A program made the position numbers and the translations under genes. The notes under the pieces are model-generated. The model saw only the letters and a program-made list of their open reading frames with translations. It did no database searches and was not told the origin of the DNA. From IMG/VR virus record IMGVR_UViG_3300017973_000001, positions 45,431 to 109,430 of that record: DNA of 64,000 nucleotides; one strand, written 5' to 3'. Positions 46,316-56,199 of this stretch are shown here, piece by piece. Origin of the DNA: a virus. Each line of letters starts with the position of its first letter. Within the stretch, counting starts at the first letter, position 1.

Positions 46316-46521
46316 TGAAAAGCTTATTTTGTAATCACGATTATCATTTAGTAGAAGAAAGAGACGAGGTAATTCACGGCTCACAAGAAAGTAAATCTAT
46401 GGTTAGTGAAACAATGAGTTACATTTTTTGCCCTAGATGTGGGAAAAGACGTAAGGTATCTCAATTTCAATGGTCAATGATTAAAAAAGAACAAACTATT
46501 AGAATGGCTTATAAAAAATAA
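46315..46521 (+). CDS. small zinc-binding protein
   Basis: LFCNHDY..FCPRCGK. Confidence 0.65.
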   Translation: MKSLFCNHDYHLVEERDEVIHGSQESKSMVSETMSYIFCPRCGKRRKVSQFQWSMIKKEQTIRMAYKK

Positions 46522-46568
46522 TTGGATATTTATTCAATTTATAGCTGAAAAAAAGAATATTTATGCAA

Positions 46569-46740
46569 GGTGTAAAGATTTTTTACTAGGGGTGTAAAAA
46601 TATTTTACCCCCTTGATTTTACTAGGTTTCTAGTATGGAGGTGTAAAAATTTTTAGGGGGGTAGGTGTAAAAAATTTTTACTATAAGAAATATATAATAA
46701 AGAAATATAAAAGAATGGAAGATATATAAATATATCTTCC
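46569..46740. repeat. four GGTGTAAA..TTTTA iterons plus AT-rich tract
   Basis: copies at 46569, 46591, 46640 and 46664. Confidence 0.7.
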
Positions 46741-46830
46741 AGGATAACAGAGTTATCCAGTGGATGAAGGAAAGGAATATTTTATTAATTTGTATTCCTA
46801 GAAATTTTAAACATAAGGGGATTTTTTAAC

Positions 46831-47316
46831 ATGGAAAAATATACTTTATATACTTTTTATCAAAAACAACATCAACTAGATTTATTTATTTTTGAACAAC
46901 GCCAACTGGCGCACCCACACCTCCCGGATCGTGTCCGTGCCCTTAGATGTGAATTAGCTGAGCTTCAAAATGAGTGGAAGGGTTTCAAGTTTTGGAAACA
47001 AGACCAAACTATTAACCGTGAACGCTTATTAGATGAGTACGCTGACGTTTTCCATTTTGCACTTAGTTTAGGTGTTTGGAATAGCCGTATTGATCTAATG
47101 ACTGAGTATACTGCCAAAGTTATGCCTACTATCGGAGAAACATTTGACCAATTATTTATATCTTCTGTAACTATACTAAACCCGGATTCTCATAAAATAT
47201 TTATTGAGTTATTTATCGGATTAGGTAAACAACTTGGAATTAGTTTAGCTGATTGGAAAGAATCTTATGAGAGTAAATACCAGGAAAATATTGACCGTCA
47301 AAATCGAGGCTACTAA
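46831..47316 (+). CDS. dut: dimeric all-alpha dUTPase
   Basis: ELAELQNEWKGFKFWK, EYADVFHFALSLG, YESKYQENIDRQNRGY. Confidence 0.9.
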   Translation: MEKYTLYTFYQKQHQLDLFIFEQRQLAHPHLPDRVRALRCELAELQNEWKGFKFWKQDQTINRERLLDEYADVFHFALSLGVWNSRIDLMTEYTAKVMPTIGETFDQLFISSVTILNPDSHKIFIELFIGLGKQLGISLADWKESYESKYQENIDRQNRGY

Positions 47317-47377
47317 ACCGTTTTAGTAGGTTCAGTCTACTCTATTTTTAGAATGATTAGAGTAGGAGTGAAGTTGA

Positions 47378-48922
47378 ATGGCGATATATGACCGTTTTCT
47401 AAAACTATTACCAAAACGTAATAATACTTTTAAACCTAATAGTCCGGAGATACCTAGACACTTAAACGTTTTTGCTAAAAGTTCCGGTGGTGGAGGACTA
47501 GGTGGTAATCCTTTGAGTGACTTACCACCTACACCGGAATTTGGTGGATCACGTACATCTATTCCTAAATTCTCGCAAGGGGGAGGAAACTTTGGTAACT
47601 TACCTCGTCGTGTAAAGTCGGACTTAGGGTTAGATGAACGTACATTAAATGGTCTTAACATAGAAGATTTAATGGACAAGTTAATGGACGCTCACCCGGA
47701 CATTAGCTTTGCAATTTGGAATTTTCTTCGTATAGCAAATTCCGGATATGACATAAATGTTACTAAACTTGGGACTGGTAAAGCATTTGCTCCTGGTAAG
47801 AAAGATATAGATTTAATTGTTCAAAGATTAGAGTTGCCTAACGTAGCTAACTTTGAGAGTAGTAGAAGTATAGATAAAGTAGTTAACCAGGTAATTCAAG
47901 CAGTTGTAACAAGGGGTGCCGGGGCAGTCGAGTTAGTTTTAACTCCCACACATGATGACATAGCATTTATCGCCCCAGTTGACCCGGCTACTATTACATT
48001 TAAGTTTGAAAATTTCAGATACGTCCCTTATCAGCTTAACGGTAAATTATCACTTGATATACCTACATTCTTCTATGAGGGATTAGATGAACGTATCGAT
48101 AATCCATATGGTCGTTCTCCACTTTTTGGGGCTATCAATATGGTAATGTTCCAGTTACAACTCTTAAACGATATAAAACAAGTAATTCATAATCAAGGTT
48201 ATCCACGTCTTGATATTACAATACTTGAAGAAGTATTACTTAAGCGCATGCCTTTAACTGTGCGTAACAATGAAGCGAAAAAAGCCCAGTGGTTAAATGA
48301 TAAGCTGAAGGAAATTATTGACGCTTATAACAACCTGGAACCGGATGACACATTTGTACATTTTGATTCTATTGCAATGAGTATGGTAGGTGGGAAATCC
48401 GGTGGTGGTGGGGCTTTAATGGACCCGGAGAAATTATTTAGTGTAATTGATAATTTAATTATGGCCGGGTTAAAGACTGTAAGCACCATCTTAGGTAGAC
48501 GTTCTAGTGGTAACACTGAGAGCTTCGCTAAGTTAGAAACAAAGTTATACATAATGGGTGTAAAGGCCATTCAGCAAGTAGTTGAAACTGTAATGTCAAG
48601 AGCGTTAACAATGGCACTTAATATACGTGGTAAACAAGGTGTAGTTGAGTTTAAATTTAAACCGATTGAAATTAGGACCGAATTGGAGCAAGCCCAATTT
48701 GCCCAAATCCATCTACAGAATATTGCTTACATGAGGGATCAAGGATGGATTGACCAAATCGAAGCTTCAAACTTAGCAGTTAGTCATGATCCAGTAAGCG
48801 ATCCAAATTTAGCTATGTTAGGTAAGGGTGGAAGTACAATAACAAATAAAGATGGAGCACCAACTACTGGTCCAACGGATACAGTTGGCCCTAATGGAAC
48901 TCCCCAACAAACAGGCAACTAA
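47378..48922 (+). CDS. portal protein
   Basis: position after TerL, 514 aa, PYGRSPL motif. Confidence 0.8.
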   Translation: MAIYDRFLKLLPKRNNTFKPNSPEIPRHLNVFAKSSGGGGLGGNPLSDLPPTPEFGGSRTSIPKFSQGGGNFGNLPRRVKSDLGLDERTLNGLNIEDLMDKLMDAHPDISFAIWNFLRIANSGYDINVTKLGTGKAFAPGKKDIDLIVQRLELPNVANFESSRSIDKVVNQVIQAVVTRGAGAVELVLTPTHDDIAFIAPVDPATITFKFENFRYVPYQLNGKLSLDIPTFFYEGLDERIDNPYGRSPLFGAINMVMFQLQLLNDIKQVIHNQGYPRLDITILEEVLLKRMPLTVRNNEAKKAQWLNDKLKEIIDAYNNLEPDDTFVHFDSIAMSMVGGKSGGGGALMDPEKLFSVIDNLIMAGLKTVSTILGRRSSGNTESFAKLETKLYIMGVKAIQQVVETVMSRALTMALNIRGKQGVVEFKFKPIEIRTELEQAQFAQIHLQNIAYMRDQGWIDQIEASNLAVSHDPVSDPNLAMLGKGGSTITNKDGAPTTGPTDTVGPNGTPQQTGN

Positions 48923-48952
48923 GTCACTAGGTATAACCTAGTGGCTTTTTTT
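48923..48952 (+). terminator. terminator
   Basis: GTCACTAGGT-ata-ACCTAGTGGC-T7. Confidence 0.7.
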
Positions 48953-49004
48953 ATTTCTGTCTAACCTAATTTTAGAAACTGATTAAAAAAGTGGAGGTGG
49001 AACA

Positions 49005-50444
49005 ATGCCACAGGCGACTGCTGAACAACTTGATAAGATTAATCGTTTTGCCCTTAAACAACTAACTGAAGAAGATGTTTATGTTTTTAAGGACTTAATG
49101 ATAGATAACTGTCCTACTGCCTATTCTTCAATCATTCATGACAACTTACTTAGTAAGTTTGTAGCTGACACTAATAAAGGTGTCGCTCTATTAATGGGCC
49201 ACGATAACAGTAAATTACCGGTGGGGCGTTCGTTCAATGCTTATACGGTTGAAGAACAAGCCAATGACGGCCAAATGGTTAAGAGTGTTTACGGTGATTT
49301 CTATATCGATTTAAACCGTGGAACTGAAAGTGGTATGACCACTAATGATATTGCTAAAGGCATTGATAGTGGAACATTATTTGATACTTCAATCGGCTTT
49401 AGTGCTCAATCATGGGATTGCTCAATTTGTGGGTATGACATTAGGGATTGGAATAACTGTTCTCACATTCCTGGTAAGGATTATCAAGTAGAAGGTGATA
49501 ACGGGGTTTACCAAACTGAAACATGCTACGTAATAGCCGGGAAAGATGGAGTTGGTGATCTATTAGAAAACTCATTGGTATATGCCGGAGCATGTGATAG
49601 AGCGTCTATCGTAAAAACATTCTCTCATAATTCAAATGTTAGAGAAAAAGAAGGTTCGTCTAAGCTAAACGTGATAACAAGCTTCAAAAATGTTCCCGTT
49701 GAGGCAAACATTTTTCAGTACTACACAAAAGACGGCTATGTGATCCTATCAGATATGCCAGAAATTAAGAGAGAACTAGACCGAGAGGGTGAAGAACTAA
49801 TGAATTTAGCTGACGTAAAGCAAACTCTTTCCAAGTTGGGAATCGAGTTTCAAAACGCTGATGAGTTAGGAGCTAAGGTTGAAGGTCTAACTGCTGAACT
49901 TCAGACAAAATTAACTGATGTTGAGGGCCAGTTAGGTGCTAAAACTGAAGAATTAACTCAAGTTAATGCAAAAGTTGAGGAGCTAAACACTGAGTTAGCT
50001 GACACAACTGCAAAAGTTGAAGAATTATCAGTTAAAAATGCTGACTTAGAGAAAACAAACCAAGAACTTAGCGCAAGTAATGAGGTTGCTAAACAGTACC
50101 GTGCTGACCTTGAACAAAAAGCTCAAGAGTTAGGTATCCGTGCTCAAGGCAACGCATTTAACACTGAGTTATATAACAAATTCTTATCTACTTTATCTGT
50201 AGATGAAGTGAAAGAAGTAATTAAAGGCTTTGAAGCTGAGATTAGTACTCGTTTTGAAGGTACTCGTACAACTGAAGTTAAGGTTGTAGATAAAAATACT
50301 GAAGAAACATTCACGGCTGAAAATGAGCAAGAGTTACGTAACAAAATTGCTGAAGAATCTATGAAACTTGCAAAAGCAGAAGGTATTTCAGTAAAAGAAG
50401 CTACTAAAAAACTTTACGCAAAATATACAAGCGAGGGGGAATAA
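49005..50444 (+). CDS. prohead protease plus scaffolding domain
   Basis: GHD..LPVGR, DTSIGF, CSICG..CSH, ENSLVYAGA; C-terminal coiled coil. Confidence 0.8.
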   Translation: MPQATAEQLDKINRFALKQLTEEDVYVFKDLMIDNCPTAYSSIIHDNLLSKFVADTNKGVALLMGHDNSKLPVGRSFNAYTVEEQANDGQMVKSVYGDFYIDLNRGTESGMTTNDIAKGIDSGTLFDTSIGFSAQSWDCSICGYDIRDWNNCSHIPGKDYQVEGDNGVYQTETCYVIAGKDGVGDLLENSLVYAGACDRASIVKTFSHNSNVREKEGSSKLNVITSFKNVPVEANIFQYYTKDGYVILSDMPEIKRELDREGEELMNLADVKQTLSKLGIEFQNADELGAKVEGLTAELQTKLTDVEGQLGAKTEELTQVNAKVEELNTELADTTAKVEELSVKNADLEKTNQELSASNEVAKQYRADLEQKAQELGIRAQGNAFNTELYNKFLSTLSVDEVKEVIKGFEAEISTRFEGTRTTEVKVVDKNTEETFTAENEQELRNKIAEESMKLAKAEGISVKEATKKLYAKYTSEGE

Positions 50445-50447
50445 AAA

Positions 50448-50864
50448 ATGGCAGGTCAATTTACTGATACTCAAAAGACTTATAAGATCAAGGACGCTAG
50501 TGGTGTCGCTATGTACCACGGTGTATCTCGTTCAGCAGAGAACGAAGTTCGAGTACCTACAGACGTTAACGAAATTCCAGTAGGAATCGTATCAAATGAT
50601 GAGCGTTTAAATTTACCATTCCATGCAGACGGTTCACAAGCCGGCCGTAATATCGCAGTTCAGTTAGATGGCATTGCTAACGTTATTTTAGGTGAGCCAA
50701 TCGCAGTTAACGAACGTGTTGTATTAGGTGTTGGTGGAGTACTTATGAAAGCTACTGGCTTACCTAAAGGAACTCAAGCAAACGTTCTTGGCTTTACAGA
50801 AAAAGGTGGCGTTATCGGTGACGTAGTTCCGGTAATGATTGCATACCACGTATACACTATCTAA
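50448..50864 (+). CDS. capsid decoration/cement protein (DUF2190-like)
   Basis: small Gly-rich beta protein just before the major capsid gene. Confidence 0.65.
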   Translation: MAGQFTDTQKTYKIKDASGVAMYHGVSRSAENEVRVPTDVNEIPVGIVSNDERLNLPFHADGSQAGRNIAVQLDGIANVILGEPIAVNERVVLGVGGVLMKATGLPKGTQANVLGFTEKGGVIGDVVPVMIAYHVYTI

Positions 50865-50889
50865 TTAAAATTTAAGGAGGTATTTACAT

Positions 50890-51846
50890 ATGCCAACGGT
50901 TCAACAAGTCCATTTAGACAAGATGCTCTCTAACATTTCGATTGGTTATTCTAACGAAATGTATATCGCAGATCAAATTTTTAAAGATGTAACTGTACAA
51001 AAACAATCAGATAAATACTACGTTTTTGGTAAAGAACGTTTCCGTGCTAATGATGACTTAAGAGCACCTGGTACTGAAGCAAATGAGATTTCATGGCGCT
51101 TCAGCTCGGACCAATATTTCTGTCAAGGTCATGCTTTACGTCACGGAATTGCTGATGAAGAAGTTCAGAACGCAGATGACGCTCTTAACCTAGAAACTGA
51201 AGGTACTGAATTAGTAACTGAGGGTATTTTATTAAACAAGGAAATTGACGCTTCAAACCAAGTCCTTGACCCTAAAAACTACCATTCTGAGTTACAACTA
51301 ACTTTAGGTACTGCTGGTACATATAAATGGTCAGACTACGATCATTCTGATCCAGTTCTAGACATTCAAAGAGCAAAAGAAGCTATCCATAAAAAATCCG
51401 GTGTACGTGCTAATACGTTAATTATCTCTGAGCCAGTTTTAAACATTTTAAAACTTCATCCAAAATTAAAAGAGATTATTAAATACGTTCAACGTGGTAT
51501 CGTTACTGAAGAAATTATGGCAGTGGCTTTCGGAGTAGATAACATTTTAGTAGGTTCTGCTTTAAAATCATCTGCTAATAATCCAGGTCAAGGGGACATT
51601 CTAAACTACATTTGGGGTAACTCAGCAGTTTTAGCTTATATCCCGGCTAACCCTGGTAGAAAACAAGTTGCTTTAGGTTACAACTTTGCATGGAATAAAG
51701 ATGGACAAGGTGCCGTTCAAGTACGTAAATGGTACGAGATTGGTAGACGTGCGACTCTTATTGAGGCTGAAAACTGGTACTCTCAAAAAATCGTATCAAA
51801 TGTTGCCGGCTTCTTATTCCAAGACGCAATCGTACCATTATCATAA
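50890..51846 (+). CDS. major capsid protein
   Basis: LSNISIGYSN..IADQIF, WSD..SDPVLDI; position; strong SD. Confidence 0.85.
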   Translation: MPTVQQVHLDKMLSNISIGYSNEMYIADQIFKDVTVQKQSDKYYVFGKERFRANDDLRAPGTEANEISWRFSSDQYFCQGHALRHGIADEEVQNADDALNLETEGTELVTEGILLNKEIDASNQVLDPKNYHSELQLTLGTAGTYKWSDYDHSDPVLDIQRAKEAIHKKSGVRANTLIISEPVLNILKLHPKLKEIIKYVQRGIVTEEIMAVAFGVDNILVGSALKSSANNPGQGDILNYIWGNSAVLAYIPANPGRKQVALGYNFAWNKDGQGAVQVRKWYEIGRRATLIEAENWYSQKIVSNVAGFLFQDAIVPLS

Positions 51847-51931
51847 TACTGTTCTAAAAAACAATAAGGTATCTATCGAGGGCTATCGGTCTCCCGGTAG
51901 GTACCTTTTTATATACTAGGAGGAAAATAAT

Positions 51932-52261
51932 ATGTCTAAAGAAACAGTTGAAGTACAAGTTGAGCAAGAAGAAACAAAAGTAACAAAGGTAAATACAAAA
52001 GCGAAAAAAGTTGAGTTAGAAGTTATTGCTGAAAATGAAGTTTTAATGCCTATTTTTACAGTTATTCCAGTTACTAAAGGTTTAGTAGCAACTAAAGTAT
52101 CTGTTGAAAATATCGGTGGGGGAGACCTTTACGTAGGTGTTGGTGAAGTAGATATTAAACAAGATTTCTTCTTACCTCAAGGTGAAGTAAGAGAGTTTGA
52201 AACTGATGTATTACTTTACTCAGCGTCTCGTCCAACTGCCCTTATTAAGTACTTACGTTAA
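51932..52261 (+). CDS. virion-associated hypothetical protein
   Basis: position after capsid gene; SD AGGAGG. Confidence 0.6.
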   Translation: MSKETVEVQVEQEETKVTKVNTKAKKVELEVIAENEVLMPIFTVIPVTKGLVATKVSVENIGGGDLYVGVGEVDIKQDFFLPQGEVREFETDVLLYSASRPTALIKYLR

Positions 52262-52273
52262 GGAGGTATTTAT

Positions 52274-52708
52274 ATGCCTTTAATCCTTAAAGAAGGTTAT
52301 GAAAACTCAATTAGAAATAAGATGGGTGTACGTGATGGGGAGCTTATAGATTCAGATATTAATGACAAGTTTGTTCTAGATATATCCGAAGCGTACATTG
52401 TAAAAAGAGTACCAAATTACTCTAAAATTACTGACCCTATCCAACAACTATATTTAGAAAATGCGACAGTTTGTTATATCTGTTATATGTTAGGTCCATC
52501 AATGGACAGACGGTTAAATGATAAAGTATCCACACTTGATCTATCATGGCAAAAGCAAAAGGTAGATTGGGAGGAGAAAGCCCTTGAGTTCCTAGCCGAG
52601 TGTGATAATAGCTTAGCGCAAATAACCGAAGTTGAAGTTGCAATGGAAGTCGCTCAGCAATTAGTAAAAGTATCATCAAATAATAGATTACCAATTGGTA
52701 CTACTTAA
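52274..52708 (+). CDS. putative head-tail adaptor
   Basis: synteny and size. Confidence 0.5.
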   Translation: MPLILKEGYENSIRNKMGVRDGELIDSDINDKFVLDISEAYIVKRVPNYSKITDPIQQLYLENATVCYICYMLGPSMDRRLNDKVSTLDLSWQKQKVDWEEKALEFLAECDNSLAQITEVEVAMEVAQQLVKVSSNNRLPIGTT

Positions 52709-53319
52709 TGAGTTACGATTTAAAGCAGTCTTTAATTTTGACCGAAGGGACTCCGGTTGAAATTATGGACCATACTGGAACTATTTTATTTAAAACAAAA
52801 GCCATTATAGGTAAAGTCAGCAGTACTACTATGAGTGAGATTAACTTTGAGTACTCTCGTAAGGGTTTAATTATCCCAAATTTAGATATACGTAATGGAT
52901 TAATCCTTAGAAAGACTGTTACTGGTGAAACTTTTATTATAGTTGCAGTTTTTGATGAGGTTATTAATAATACAAAGCAATCTACTTCAATCAGACTTAT
53001 ACAAACTAACTCATGGGCCTCTATAAAGGGCTTTACTGAAATTGCAGATGATTATGGGAACATAATTAGTGATGAAGTTACAAAGGCTACTAAGTTACCG
53101 GTACATGTTAGCGTAGCTAATGCTAGACTTATGCAATTTAAACCAGGTCTAAAAGAGATTGTAGAATATCGAATTTACGCTCCTCACTGTGAGGCAGAAA
53201 TTCTTGACCGTGTTGGGTTAATGATTAACGGTGGGGAACTTAATTTTAAAGTAGAATCGGTAGATTTACTTACATTCCCTGGACTTGTTCTATTAGATGT
53301 TCGAACAGAAACTAGGTGA
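52708..53319 (+). CDS. putative head closure protein
   Basis: synteny; DDYGN motif. Confidence 0.5.
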   Translation: MSYDLKQSLILTEGTPVEIMDHTGTILFKTKAIIGKVSSTTMSEINFEYSRKGLIIPNLDIRNGLILRKTVTGETFIIVAVFDEVINNTKQSTSIRLIQTNSWASIKGFTEIADDYGNIISDEVTKATKLPVHVSVANARLMQFKPGLKEIVEYRIYAPHCEAEILDRVGLMINGGELNFKVESVDLLTFPGLVLLDVRTETR

Positions 53320-53323
53320 TTAA

Positions 53324-54052
53324 ATGGGCCGTAGGAAACTAGCCGTTAGATATGATCTAGATGGATATATAAGGGATATACGTAATGCAACTAATAGAGT
53401 CACTAAAGAATACCGTGATTTAATTTTTGCTGACGCTAAGGCTAATGCTGAAGAACTACCTTTCAAGAATACTCCCGTAACATTGTATGGGAATGTAAAG
53501 ACTTCAGACCAGGCAAGATCAAGGGATTTAATAGACTCAATACAAAATAGTTTAAATTACGAGCAATCAAAGATGGTTGATGATATAGCATATCAATTTT
53601 CTTCTAATGCAAGGGTAGAAAATAGTGTAGTAGTAGCCCGTGTTACGGCTATGGGGGATAAAGGCAATTATGCAAATTCGCATATTGGAGTGTACTACGA
53701 ATATGGTACCGGAACTCAAGCCTATGGACCAGGTTATTCTACTGTTAAGTGGCAAGGAGAAGAAAACCCTTTTCGAACTGGGAGCGAGATTGTAACCCAT
53801 GGACGTAGTTGGATAGATATGGGTGGTAATGTCCGTGCGTCCGGAAAAATCGGTGGGTTAAATGAGGACTTCTTTAGAAAGAAAAATAAACCGTGGTTTG
53901 GTACAGAAGTACCGGCCACACATTGGTTTGAGAGTGCATATAAGAAACATATTGAAAATTATAAAAGTGCTCTAGCTAAAGCTGTTTTTAGTATAAATCC
54001 TTTAGCATATACAATTTTTGAGCCGGTTATTAATCTAGGAAAGTTTGGTTGA
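53324..54052 (+). CDS. HK97 gp10-like neck protein
   Basis: YYEYGTG..PATHWF. Confidence 0.6.
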   Translation: MGRRKLAVRYDLDGYIRDIRNATNRVTKEYRDLIFADAKANAEELPFKNTPVTLYGNVKTSDQARSRDLIDSIQNSLNYEQSKMVDDIAYQFSSNARVENSVVVARVTAMGDKGNYANSHIGVYYEYGTGTQAYGPGYSTVKWQGEENPFRTGSEIVTHGRSWIDMGGNVRASGKIGGLNEDFFRKKNKPWFGTEVPATHWFESAYKKHIENYKSALAKAVFSINPLAYTIFEPVINLGKFG

Positions 54053-54058
54053 TATGGT

Positions 54059-54496
54059 ATGACAGTAGTTAATTTAAGCAATGGAATATACAAGACGTTA
54101 GCAAAAGATGGTGTCGTTCTAAACTATTTAGGAATAGGACCGACTGCAACTAGCCTAATGAAAGCAAAACGTATTCAAAAACGTTCCAAACCTACTTCAT
54201 TAATAGAAAATCTACCTCTAATAACTTTCTTTTTACCTCCTGGACGTAGGGGTGGCAACAACATGGACGTGTATAGTACTCAAGCTCAGTTTGATATATA
54301 CACAAAAGATGACGTTGACCTAGCTCAAAAGTTGGGAAGTAGAATTATAGAGTTGTTTGAAGGTGAGATTCCTCCAATGGACGGGGTGACTACGTTTGAG
54401 TCACTTTTTGTTTCAGCTCATGAAACTCCAAGTGATCTAGCTAATACATACTGCTTCACGGTAGTTGTTCAGTTCTCTATCGAAATAGAACGCTAA
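54059..54496 (+). CDS. putative tail terminator
   Basis: PLITF..QFDIY; directly before tail tube. Confidence 0.6.
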   Translation: MTVVNLSNGIYKTLAKDGVVLNYLGIGPTATSLMKAKRIQKRSKPTSLIENLPLITFFLPPGRRGGNNMDVYSTQAQFDIYTKDDVDLAQKLGSRIIELFEGEIPPMDGVTTFESLFVSAHETPSDLANTYCFTVVVQFSIEIER

Positions 54497-54514
54497 AAGG
54501 AGTGAAAATAACTC

Positions 54515-55306
54515 ATGGCTAAGAAAATGATAATTAAAGGCGTTGGCCAAATGCTAGGAAAACGTTATAAAAAAGACGGTACTGGCGTTGAAGTCATTTC
54601 TTTAGGAAGTTTACAAGATTTAAAATTTGACCTTTCTACTGAAATCGAGGACATCTTCGGTGGTGACGGACTATTCAGTATCGATACTCTAGTAAAAACA
54701 AAATCTATTGATGTTTCGGCAACGGACGCAAAATTTGACCTTGACGCTCTACAAGTTATGATGGGCTCTACAGTGCAAGAAGGTAAAAAAGATTATGTTT
54801 GGGTACTAGGAGAACACGGTACTGTAGATGACACTGGTAAGTATACAGTTGAATATGGGGATACATTATTTACTGTACCTAATATGTCAGTTCGCTTAAA
54901 GGATTCTAATACTCTATTAAAACCGGTAACTACTGCTCCGGCTGATAAAACTGAGTATAAATTAGACAAAGCTACTGGTGTAGTTGAGTTCTTTAAAGAC
55001 TTAGCCGGCCAAGACGTTGTTGTAAACTACCAACGTGCTGAAACAGTAGACTTAGTTGATATTTTAGTAGACGAAGTTCCATTCCCGATCCACATTGTCC
55101 ATCATGGTTCATTCATCCAAAAAGATGGTAACTATGCTGGGGTTGAAACTGAGATTTACTCAGCAATTGCAAAAGGTCAATTCACAATTGACGCTCAACG
55201 TAGCAATGCTTCTACTTCTCAAATAACTTTACAAGTTATCGATCCGGAACGTGCTGATGGAAAAATTGGTTCAATCAAGCGTTTCGCAAGTACAAAAAGA
55301 GTCTAA
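54515..55306 (+). CDS. major tail tube protein
   Basis: synteny; followed by terminator and tail assembly chaperone genes. Confidence 0.75.
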   Translation: MAKKMIIKGVGQMLGKRYKKDGTGVEVISLGSLQDLKFDLSTEIEDIFGGDGLFSIDTLVKTKSIDVSATDAKFDLDALQVMMGSTVQEGKKDYVWVLGEHGTVDDTGKYTVEYGDTLFTVPNMSVRLKDSNTLLKPVTTAPADKTEYKLDKATGVVEFFKDLAGQDVVVNYQRAETVDLVDILVDEVPFPIHIVHHGSFIQKDGNYAGVETEIYSAIAKGQFTIDAQRSNASTSQITLQVIDPERADGKIGSIKRFASTKRV

Positions 55307-55379
55307 TCTATAGGTGTAACGAGACTGATATTCGTATCAGTCTTTTTATTTACTTTTAAACTGGTGGGGGTACATAAAA

Positions 55380-55822
55380 TGACTAAAGAAGAAAAAGAAA
55401 AATTAGAGTTAGAGCACTCAAAAACTATGAATGATGAAGCAGTAAAAAGAATTAAAGATGAAGTATTAACTGAAGAACAAAGTAATAAGCAAGCAGACGT
55501 ATTTTTTGAGGAAGATGAGAAATTCCGTTTACGTGATGGTAAGGAGTATTTTGTTCCTCCGGCTTCACTTAAAAATGCCCGTAGAATGATGAAAATTCTA
55601 GGGACTATAAACATGGACGCAATCATTGTCAATTTTATTCCAACTGGTAATGATGAAGAAGATCAAAAACGTGAAGATAATCTTTTCGAGATTCTTCAAA
55701 TGGCTTTTGTTAACTATCCGGAAATTGACCGTGATTTTATAGATGAAAAAGTAGACCTTGAGAGTGCACGTAAGATAATTGAGACACTTATAGGGTTGAA
55801 TGGTCTAAAAAAGTCAATGTAA
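55380..55822 (+). CDS. tail assembly chaperone (G)
   Basis: between tube and tape measure; ends at slippery A_AAA_AAG. Confidence 0.75.
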
Positions 55823-56148
55823 CAGAAGTTGAACCTATAGAAGTTCCGGAGATCGTTGATAAAGAAACGGGAGGAGCTATGAACTGGTCTGAATTATTTT
55901 TCCGTCTACATCACTATTGTAATTTAAGTAAGTGGGAAATATGGGAATATACATTACCACAAATTACAGAGCTGATTATGATGACAAATAAACATATTGA
56001 GTTCCAAGTTCAAGTAATGACTGCCCCACTAGGAATGTTTGGTGGGGGAGTTGCAACTTCTAAAGAGGATTCTTCTGCTGATGATGTTGACTATCATGAA
56101 GTAACTGAAGAAGATGTTGGAATGTTAGCAAAAGCTTTCGGTGGATAA
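55813..56148 (+). CDS. tail assembly chaperone -1 frame extension (T)
   Basis: -1 frame open from the slippery site into ORF 55879; IWEYTLPQI motif. Confidence 0.75.
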   Translation, partial: VNVTEVEPIEVPEIVDKETGGAMNWSELFFRLHHYCNLSKWEIWEYTLPQITELIMMTNKHIEFQVQVMTAPLGMFGGGVATSKEDSSADDVDYHEVTEEDVGMLAKAFGG

Positions 56149-56199
56149 TGCCTACTCTATTAGTGAGTAGGTTTATTTTTTATAGGTGGTGAGTATAAA

